Assembly: GCA_003599815.1 (NCBI GenBank)
Contig: QZJZ01000105.1
Coordinates: 7,174 to 71,173, forward strand
Direction: 5' to 3'
DNA length: 64,000 nucleotides
DNA from: Candidatus Auribacter fodinae
Lineage (GTDB): Bacteria > Auribacterota > Auribacteria > Auribacterales > Auribacteraceae
The notes beneath the pieces are model-generated. The model worked only from the letters and a program-made list of their open reading frames with translations, was not told the DNA's origin and did no database searches. Below are positions 57,085 through 64,000 of the stretch, in pieces (the first letter of the stretch is position 1; each line of letters opens with the position of its first letter). The position numbers were made by a program, and so were the translations under genes.

Positions 57085-59718
57085 TTACAGATAAACAGCT
57101 ACCTTCACGATTTTTGCTGTTGTGCCGGAGTTGACAAAAACATGGTCATTGTACGGAATCGTAATGCCGTCGTGTCCTGCGGTCACGAATTTTCCGTCCA
57201 CAGATACCTTGCTCGCGCCTTTTAGAGCGTCATCCCTGTACACTTCAAGTTCAATAACGATATTTTTATGCTCCGCGCGATGCGACACTTTACGCGCTGA
57301 AAGGATTCGTTCACCGTTTTGAACAGCCTCACGCCATACCGAAGGCACGCGCGGATCAATCTTCATGCCCGAATGATGCGGAACAATACCGATCATCTCA
57401 GCCATAAACCTCATCCGCCACGAATGCGACCCCGTAAACGGGTAATACGGTTCCTTGCCGTAATCAGCGTTGTTCGGCACAGCAGTGTAGTTGCTGTGGT
57501 ATATCGGCGGATTGGTGGATATGTCAGGGAGACGGTTGTCATCAGATATACGGCGGAACGATTCATATGCCTGATCGACATAGCCTGCCTTCAGCAACGC
57601 CGCCGCCCAGAAAAGCACACCGTGCTGGTAAACAGCGCCGTTCTCGAAATGCCCCTGCGCCTGATCGGCAATACGCCCCACATGAACCGAGCTTTTCTTG
57701 CTGTACGGTTTCAGCAAACGGTGCCCGAAAGGAGTCTGAAGTTCGTCCATGGCGGAAATGACCGGTTCAAACCGCTGTTGCGGAATCACGTCGCTGATAA
57801 ACGCCCATGCGTTTTCGTTCAGGTGCTTCTGCCCTTCGTCATTCACTGACGCACCAACTTTCTGCCCGTCATTGTCATATCCGAAAATATAGTATCCTTC
57901 AGTATCCCAGCCGCTTTTGTTTATCGCCGAGGAAATGTTCTTTATAAGTAAATTCATGTATTCGATAGTCTTGTTATCTTTTTTCAACTGAGCAAGAACC
58001 GCCATCTTTCGGGCGGCATACACGAGAAGCTGTGACAACCAGACACTTTCGCTCCGGTTGCCGCGCAATCCGTCGAGCGCGTCGTTCCAGCCGCCGTATC
58101 CGAGCTTGCAGAGCCCGTGCTCACCGATATTCCCTTCATACGCGCTTCTCACCGCCAGTACGAGATGATCGTAAATCGAGACCGCACCCTTCTCCGATAA
58201 CGTGACATTATCGTTTTCAAGGAACCCGACCTTTTTATCAAGAAGCGCCATGTCGCCGGTTTCCCTGATATACATCTCCATGAGGTCAGGAGCCCAGAGC
58301 TGGCAATCCATGAAATTACGTAAATCATGCAAAGATGAAAACTTACATATCTGACGGGGAATCCTGCCGTCACGGTACTGATACGACAGCATGAACGGCA
58401 CGAATAACCGCACATAGCCCGGCTCAAACATACAGTTTGCCAGCAGATACTGAAACATATCCCGTGTACCCACATCATACGGGCTGTTAAACCGTGAACA
58501 GAGTATACTCTGATATTTACCCCAGATATTGAATGTCCTGTTCATAGGCTCGCAGGGAGTATCGACAAGATAGGTGTTTATGACCGACTGCCACGCGGCG
58601 CGAACGTCTTTGAGCTCTTTTTCTATCTGTTCATCAGTCAAAAATGAGTACACATCGCTTACCTGACGGTTGACATCTTTTGCCGGATTAACAGCGCTGA
58701 CAGCGCAATGCGTGGAAAACGTTTTGCCCGCCCCTAAATCCACTTTATACTGAAACGCGCCGATCATTCCTTTGAGCGGTTGTTTCGCTTCCGTATTGGA
58801 TAGCGATTCGTCAAACACGGACGGCGGATACATGATCGACGCCCCGAACTTGTAGTAGGTATCCGCGCAGGAATCGAACGAATCCGGTTTGCGCGCGGAT
58901 ACAAAGGCTCCCCATCGGGGAAACGAATTTTTGATATCAAGATTTTTGGCGATGATGGCGTTATGTGTGCCGTCAAACGTGACTTCACTGACAGCCATGC
59001 CCACAAAATAGTGGCTCGGATGGCTGTCCAGCCCGAAATTTATTTCAGGATACACCTGAACCGACCTTTTTTTGTCTGTGGTATTGGTGATGGAAATCGT
59101 CCATATCTCGCAAGGCAGAGACAACGGCACGAATATCCTTAACGACATTTTCAGCCCGTCTCGCTCAGTGAGGTACTCAATAAAACCCGGCCCCTGCCTG
59201 CACGAGTATCCGTCGTACGCTTCAGCCTCACATTTTCCTGCGGCGTCATACTGATTCGGCTGGGGAATAAGTGAAAATACCGATCCGGAATCTGTTTTTA
59301 CCCAGACAGTACGGGCATTGTGATACACCTGCGATACATGCATATAATTTTCATTGCCGCTGAGTTTGGTCACAGGCCCGAACAGGACTGAATCAAGCGA
59401 CATAACCCCTGCCCCGTCATGGGCGGCAATGGATAACGCCACATCACGAATGGTATGCTTGAGGTTAAGCATATAATGATACCACCCTTTCGGGGTGTGC
59501 AGTTTATCTATGACAAGCGTGCTGTTAGTAAGGTATTCGCCGTCAAAACTGTCCTGAAAATGAGAATACCTGCTCTTGAGCTGTTTAACCTGCTCCGCAG
59601 TGAGCTGTTCCATCTGCTGTTCGCCTGACGCAAGCCCGGCACGTACCGCGTCTGTCATTTTTTTATAAGCCGAAGCCTGTTCCGGGGCTTCAAGAAATTT
59701 TTTCCGATCGTTTTTCAT
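57085..59718 (-). CDS. large (alpha/alpha)6-barrel glycoside phosphorylase/hydrolase, GH94-like
   Basis: It is 877 aa. A GGWND segment resembles the catalytic-Asp region of GH94 cellobiose/chitobiose phosphorylases. This is a tentative family call. Confidence 0.4.
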   Translation of the reverse strand: MKNDRKKFLEAPEQASAYKKMTDAVRAGLASGEQQMEQLTAEQVKQLKSRYSHFQDSFDGEYLTNSTLVIDKLHTPKGWYHYMLNLKHTIRDVALSIAAHDGAGVMSLDSVLFGPVTKLSGNENYMHVSQVYHNARTVWVKTDSGSVFSLIPQPNQYDAAGKCEAEAYDGYSCRQGPGFIEYLTERDGLKMSLRIFVPLSLPCEIWTISITNTTDKKRSVQVYPEINFGLDSHPSHYFVGMAVSEVTFDGTHNAIIAKNLDIKNSFPRWGAFVSARKPDSFDSCADTYYKFGASIMYPPSVFDESLSNTEAKQPLKGMIGAFQYKVDLGAGKTFSTHCAVSAVNPAKDVNRQVSDVYSFLTDEQIEKELKDVRAAWQSVINTYLVDTPCEPMNRTFNIWGKYQSILCSRFNSPYDVGTRDMFQYLLANCMFEPGYVRLFVPFMLSYQYRDGRIPRQICKFSSLHDLRNFMDCQLWAPDLMEMYIRETGDMALLDKKVGFLENDNVTLSEKGAVSIYDHLVLAVRSAYEGNIGEHGLCKLGYGGWNDALDGLRGNRSESVWLSQLLVYAARKMAVLAQLKKDNKTIEYMNLLIKNISSAINKSGWDTEGYYIFGYDNDGQKVGASVNDEGQKHLNENAWAFISDVIPQQRFEPVISAMDELQTPFGHRLLKPYSKKSSVHVGRIADQAQGHFENGAVYQHGVLFWAAALLKAGYVDQAYESFRRISDDNRLPDISTNPPIYHSNYTAVPNNADYGKEPYYPFTGSHSWRMRFMAEMIGIVPHHSGMKIDPRVPSVWREAVQNGERILSARKVSHRAEHKNIVIELEVYRDDALKGASKVSVDGKFVTAGHDGITIPYNDHVFVNSGTTAKIVKVAVYL

Positions 59719-59817
59719 AGTACTGTATCCTCATTTCGGAGGGTTGGCGACTTCATAAATTCTCCGAAATAAGCTACACTAATATGCGTTTTTTTTCAAG
59801 AAGGTATTGAAATAAAA

Positions 59818-59855
59818 ACGGGTACTGAGGATAAATAACCTCCGTACCCGCCGAA
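59818..59855 (-). terminator. Rho-independent terminator (minus strand)
   Basis: An imperfect hairpin cgggtactgagg/cctccgtacccg is followed on the minus strand by a T-run. Confidence 0.35.
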
Positions 59856-59881
59856 AAAAACGTTTTAATCAGTATAAAAAC

Positions 59882-60145
59882 TTATGATTTATGAGACCCG
59901 CACGCGGCTTTACATGCGTCAGACCCCTTCGGAGCGCCGCATCCGCCGCATTTTTCTCCGCACGCCATTTTACATGCGTCAGATCCTTTAACCGCACCGC
60001 ATTTAGCGCATACTTCCTCTTTTTTGCCCATTGAATACTGTTCCACAGCCGATGACACAACGCATGGGCATTGCCCTCCTGCGAATGCGTTACTGTTAAT
60101 AACCATAACCGCCATCACAGCAATCAGTAATAATGCTTTTTTCAT
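59882..60145 (-). CDS. small secreted Cys-rich tandem-repeat protein (87 aa; 12 Cys)
   Basis: The signal peptide MKKALLLIAVMAVMVINSNAFA after GGAGG is followed by two repeats, C(A/G)xCGA(V/P)KGSDACK(M/A)ACG. Confidence 0.45.
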   Translation of the reverse strand: MKKALLLIAVMAVMVINSNAFAGGQCPCVVSSAVEQYSMGKKEEVCAKCGAVKGSDACKMACGEKCGGCGAPKGSDACKAACGSHKS

Positions 60146-60197
60146 TTTTGTTTCCTCCATATGTCATTATTATATAACCACACTAATCACGTACCGA

Positions 60198-60659
60198 TTA
60201 TGGTTTACGTGAGTACTTCCCGATAATATACCCTTTCGCAATACAATGATCTTCAACCAGTTTAAAAAATTCTCTCTTGTTCCCTGCTGATAAGGAACCC
60301 GAATCAAGCGCGTACACTGTAAAAAAATAACGGTGTGTCCCAGACGGAGGGCACGGCCCGCCATACTCCGCCCTGCCAAAATCGTTCTTCAGCGTGACCG
60401 CGGGCGATTTGAATACACCGGATTCAGAAATGTCGTGAGTACTGACAGGGATATTGTACACCATCCAATGCACAAAGCTGCCGGAAGGAGCATCCGGGTC
60501 AACACACGAAACAGCAAAACATTTGGTATGGTCAGGCGCTCCGCTCCAGTTCAAGTGCGGAGAAATATTCCGTCCATCGCAGGTATAGCATGAATCCATC
60601 ATTTCGTCATGGTTAAAACTCTGGCTTGTAACGGTTAATCTGGTTAGCATTTTCATCAC
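60198..60659 (-). CDS. YbhB/YbcL-family PEBP (Raf-kinase-inhibitor-like) protein
   Basis: The PEBP motifs DPDAPSG...HW and GPCPPSGTHRYFFTVYALD are present. Confidence 0.8.
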   Translation of the reverse strand: MMKMLTRLTVTSQSFNHDEMMDSCYTCDGRNISPHLNWSGAPDHTKCFAVSCVDPDAPSGSFVHWMVYNIPVSTHDISESGVFKSPAVTLKNDFGRAEYGGPCPPSGTHRYFFTVYALDSGSLSAGNKREFFKLVEDHCIAKGYIIGKYSRKP

Positions 60660-60941
60660 GGCACTCCTTTTTTTTCGCGATAATCACTAACGTTGACATA
60701 TCTCATCGAAACCAGTAACTGAATTAATATTATCGCTTTAAACAAATATAACGATACCGGGCTCTGGCAATCAGTTCATTTTCCGATAAACAAAACATGC
60801 CGGGCATACCGCTAAAACTCGCCGTACTAACGTAAAAAGACGTTCCGTTTCAGCATTAATAAAGATTTATTTGACCCCGGGGCTCAGGAGGGGTATTATA
60901 CACTGTTTAACATACATTAAATTATTGCTGAGACGACGAAG

Positions 60942-62351
60942 ATGAATATATTACTGAGCACATTACCTGAAATTTACGTTTCCAAGGAATACCTTCCCCC
61001 GTTGGGGCTGTCGTATGTTGCCGCCGCACTGGAAAAAGGCGGGCATTCGGTGAACATTATCGATTCGCACATCGAAGGGTTTACCATTGAAGAACTTATA
61101 AAAAACATTGTTCATGCGGGCCCTGATATGCTCGGTTTAACGGGAACCTGCCATAACCGTTTTAACGTGATACGGGTTATCCGTGAAGTAAAACAGGCGT
61201 TGCCTGATATCACCATAGTAGCGGGCGGCGTTCATTTTACCATTACCGCTGAAGACGCTCTTAAATGCGTGCCTGAACTTGACGTGATCGTTATCTGGGA
61301 AGGCGAATACACGTTTCTGGAACTCGCAGATGTGCTCGGCAACGGCAAAGATTTCTCTTCAGTCAAAGGGATCGCTTACCGCACAGAAGACGGCGAAGTC
61401 GTTTTCACTGAACCGCGCCCATTTATTCAGAACCTTGACGACCTGCCCATGCCGGCATGGCATCTGCTCAAACTGGACAAATACCAGGCGCGCCTTGAAG
61501 GAACATACGACGAACGGGCTATCGGAGTGATGAGCTCGCGCGGATGCCCGTGTTTCTGCGTGTTCTGTTCCAACTCAGCATGGGGCAGAAAAAGCCATAG
61601 ACGGCGCACTCCGGCAAACTTTATAGATGAGGTCGAATTCCTTCACAAAAAATACGGGTTCAACGGGTTTGATTTCTGGGACGATACCCTGACCATCAGC
61701 AAAGAGCATATTTACGGTATCTGCGAAGAAATTCATAAACGTAACCTCAGAATAAAATGGTACGCCCGGGCACGCGTCAATACTGTAACACCGGAAATGC
61801 TGGCAGTCATGAAAGACGCCGGATGCGTAGCTATCGCGTACGGTATCGAGTCAGGAAGCCCGAAAGTGTTACAGGCTATCAAGAAAAACATTACGCTGGA
61901 TCAGATCAAAACCATGGTCAAAGCCAGCGCCGACCTTGGGCTGGTGGTAAAGAACTGTTTCATGTTCAGCCTTCCCGAAGAGGAAAAAGAAGACGTTCTC
62001 ATGACCATTAACCTGATGAGAGAACTGAAGACATACTCCCCTAAAGTAATCAACCCGCACGGGCTGACACTCATTTATCCCGGTACTGAATTTGAACGGC
62101 TCGCGAAACAACAGGGGCTCCTGCCTGAAAACTTCTCATGGAACACATACACGGAATTTCCAAAATCCAGGATGTACGGGCTGAATAAAACCATACCGTT
62201 CTATGAGGATAAACTGACGCTGGAAGAAGTAAAATCCATACTGCGCAGGGAACTGTCTTCAAACAAGAGCTTTTTCAGGCGGGCGATGAAACGGCTGAAA
62301 CGCGTCAGGTCGCTGGACGACCTTGCCAGCCTTTTCCGGTCAATCCGATAA
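60942..62351 (+). CDS. B12-binding domain-containing radical SAM protein
   Basis: An N-terminal Rossmann-like B12-binding region is followed by the radical-SAM Cys cluster (RGCPCFCVFCS, a CxxxCxxC motif) and an elongated C-terminal domain. Confidence 0.8.
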   Translation: MNILLSTLPEIYVSKEYLPPLGLSYVAAALEKGGHSVNIIDSHIEGFTIEELIKNIVHAGPDMLGLTGTCHNRFNVIRVIREVKQALPDITIVAGGVHFTITAEDALKCVPELDVIVIWEGEYTFLELADVLGNGKDFSSVKGIAYRTEDGEVVFTEPRPFIQNLDDLPMPAWHLLKLDKYQARLEGTYDERAIGVMSSRGCPCFCVFCSNSAWGRKSHRRRTPANFIDEVEFLHKKYGFNGFDFWDDTLTISKEHIYGICEEIHKRNLRIKWYARARVNTVTPEMLAVMKDAGCVAIAYGIESGSPKVLQAIKKNITLDQIKTMVKASADLGLVVKNCFMFSLPEEEKEDVLMTINLMRELKTYSPKVINPHGLTLIYPGTEFERLAKQQGLLPENFSWNTYTEFPKSRMYGLNKTIPFYEDKLTLEEVKSILRRELSSNKSFFRRAMKRLKRVRSLDDLASLFRSIR

Positions 62352-62531
62352 CAGTTTTTTATCAAATAGATGCAGAGACGATGCCGCGATGCTCGACAGC
62401 TGAATCTTGAACTGTTCATACTTCTGGTCTGAATACTGCTGCCTGCGCTGAATGCGCATAATCGCCCTGATTGTTCTCGGATGAACACCCAGACGCGCAA
62501 GCTCAAATGTTTTCCAGTAACTTTTTCTCAT
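62340..62531 (-). CDS. hypothetical small basic protein
   Basis: The ATG follows GGAGGAAACACGT. It is convergent with the rSAM gene and overlaps its 3' end by 12 nt. No homology was recognised. Confidence 0.2.
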   Translation of the reverse strand: MRKSYWKTFELARLGVHPRTIRAIMRIQRRQQYSDQKYEQFKIQLSSIAASSLHLFDKKLLSD

Positions 62532-62637
62532 ACGTGTTTCCTCCTTTTTGAATATTGTGTCTGGAAATAAATGGATTATTCGTGATATGATGGACGCCAT
62601 CATGTCGTTCACTCAATTGTAACCATGGAGAGGATCT

Positions 62638-63540
62638 ATGTTCACTGCCATAACATCCGACCAGAAACTGGGGTTTACTGCTCTCTGGCGCTATGCTTTT
62701 TCTTTTTATAAAACCAACCTGAAAAAAATCATGACAATCGTGCTTCTTTTTTACGTGCCGATTGAAATTATTATGTCGTTTTTTACTTTGGATATAGCCT
62801 CAGGACAGGAGCTTGATGCAGGGACAAAACTCATCGGCACGCTGGTCATTTCATTACTTATCGCAACGACACTCATACCCGTTGCGGCGATTATTTCCCT
62901 GACTAAGGAATGTACCGGCGAACCTCCTTTATCTGTAAAAGAAGCTATTATCTTGGGAGTCCGCTCATGGTGGAATATGATTCTTATTTTCGTTATAAGC
63001 ATGTTTGCCCTGTACTCCACCTTTTTGCCGTACCTGCTTCTTGCTCTGGTTATGGCGGCACTTTCCCTTATTTCCGGCAACAACCCGATGATACTTGTGC
63101 CATGCCTGCTTGCCGGTGTGGCAATGGTAGTTCCTGTTTTTCAGGTCGGCGCGCTGATTTGCCTTACGCAATACGCCGGCATATTACGCGGCAAGTGGAG
63201 ATGTAAAAATATAGGGCACGTATACCGCGTTTTTCATCCATACATACTCCGTACCTTTTTATTCTCGCTCGGTTCAATGGGTATATTTATGGTACTCAGG
63301 GTGATGATGTCGTTCATCATAGCCCGGGTTATGCCGGTGATGCCTGTTTTCGCGCTGGTGCAGATAACCTCAGATTTGCTCTTCGTTCTGCCTGTGCTGG
63401 TTCTGGCTTTCTATTTTATCAATACGGAATCACGTATAAAATTACCTGAGGAACCAGAACCGATATCGTTCTGGAAATTTCTGGCGAAACTGCCCAAGTT
63501 GTACTTATCTTTGTTTGTAGTCACAATACGGAAAAAGTAA
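62638..63540 (+). CDS. polytopic membrane protein, hypothetical
   Basis: It has about seven predicted TM helices. RBS-like GGAGAGG lies upstream. Confidence 0.4.
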   Translation: MFTAITSDQKLGFTALWRYAFSFYKTNLKKIMTIVLLFYVPIEIIMSFFTLDIASGQELDAGTKLIGTLVISLLIATTLIPVAAIISLTKECTGEPPLSVKEAIILGVRSWWNMILIFVISMFALYSTFLPYLLLALVMAALSLISGNNPMILVPCLLAGVAMVVPVFQVGALICLTQYAGILRGKWRCKNIGHVYRVFHPYILRTFLFSLGSMGIFMVLRVMMSFIIARVMPVMPVFALVQITSDLLFVLPVLVLAFYFINTESRIKLPEEPEPISFWKFLAKLPKLYLSLFVVTIRKK

Positions 63541-63557
63541 AGGAACAGTGATAGTGA

Positions 63558-63941
63558 TTATTGCTTATCGGGATTTCCGTATTCCGCAGGGATTGATTCT
63601 GTCAACACCACAGGAATAGGTGGCGAATCACGAAACTGGAAGAAAAATACCGGTTCACGGTTCGGTACAGCTACAATCAATTTGAACGCTCCGGTCAGTT
63701 TCTGAATTGAACAAACAGAATCAATGCCATCCAGAGCGATAAAACACTTCATCTGGTAAAAATCACCGTTACGGTCATACACCCTGAATTCATCATGCTG
63801 TAAATCAACAGCATTGTCAACGGTGGCAGGCAGTTCCAGAAACCCTTCTATCAACAGTAACGATGAGCTGGCGTCAGGCGGTTCCAGTACCAGCCGTGGT
63901 TTAGCGCTGTTCGGGATATGCACTTTTTTAAGTTGAAACAT
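63558..63941 (-). CDS. hypothetical protein
   Basis: An ORF only. Confidence 0.25.
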   Translation of the reverse strand: MFQLKKVHIPNSAKPRLVLEPPDASSSLLLIEGFLELPATVDNAVDLQHDEFRVYDRNGDFYQMKCFIALDGIDSVCSIQKLTGAFKLIVAVPNREPVFFFQFRDSPPIPVVLTESIPAEYGNPDKQ

Positions 63942-64000
63942 CTTGGATAAGGTAATCTTACAGCCTTTCGACCACGAATTCTGCCCGGTATATATCAGCG

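Noticed and set aside
62340-62612. 90-aa ORF convergent with and overlapping the radical SAM gene
   Set aside because: Only the 63-aa version after a strong RBS is retained, at low confidence. No homology was found and the 3' overlap makes it doubtful.
1-64000. CRISPR arrays, rRNA or tRNA genes
   Set aside because: No regularly spaced 25-40-bp direct repeats were seen. No tRNA-like T-arm or acceptor motifs and no rRNA-like conserved stretches were seen by eye.

Overview
This is a 64-kb chromosomal segment from a Gram-negative, probably anaerobic, uncultured-type bacterium with roughly 50% G+C. It carries at least four PEP-CTERM sorting-signal proteins and two prepilin-type N-terminal proteins. 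I found no rRNA, tRNA or CRISPR array. The coding content is about 50 genes, listed here from left to right:

- **Fur-controlled unit:** a SAM-dependent methyltransferase, an Mrp/NBP35 ATPase, a DUF5320 protein and a NifB/NifX-like protein, with the Fur-family regulator gene itself adjacent.
- **Peroxide-stress genes:** a ferritin-like protein and a 1-Cys peroxiredoxin.
- **Signalling:** two sensor histidine kinases, an EIIA(Ntr)-like protein overlapping a CPA2 antiporter, and a methyl-accepting chemoreceptor.
- **Glucan metabolism:** a TreS-Mak fusion, GlgB and TreZ.
- **Stress pair:** an Rrf2 regulator next to a bacteriohemerythrin.
- **Others:** Tex, DsbD plus a rhodanese, GT4 and GT-C glycosyltransferases, a GH94-like phosphorylase, a B12-binding radical-SAM enzyme and a PEBP protein.

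Four things in the window deserve most attention.

1. A near-perfect 7-1-7 palindrome of the Fur-box type (TGAAAATCATTTTCA) occurs four times. Three copies abut the ribosome-binding sites of the fur gene, the methyltransferase-mrp operon and the DUF5320/NifB-like pair. A fourth, orphan copy sits in a 333-bp stretch between predicted genes.
2. A previously unrecognised ~150-bp repeat family has four copies of 85-90% identity. Three are co-oriented and one is inverted, all lie upstream of plus-strand genes, and two inverted copies bracket a thrombospondin-type-3-like Ca-binding protein gene. A conserved 19-codon mini-ORF sits inside the repeat.
3. Two AT-rich single-gene islets look horizontally acquired. 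One is a KAP-family P-loop NTPase with an unusual N-terminal multi-TM domain. The other is an Mrr-type restriction endonuclease.
4. A tandem pair of paralogous prepilin-leader plus FecR-like domain proteins, and a small signal-peptide Cys-rich repeat protein near a divergent radical-SAM gene.

Other observations are 130-bp tandem repeats in the MCP/rrf2 divergent promoter region and shared terminator hairpins. Non-gene coordinates are approximate (about ±2 nt). Gene starts were refined from the ORF track by signal peptide, RBS and homology-boundary reasoning.
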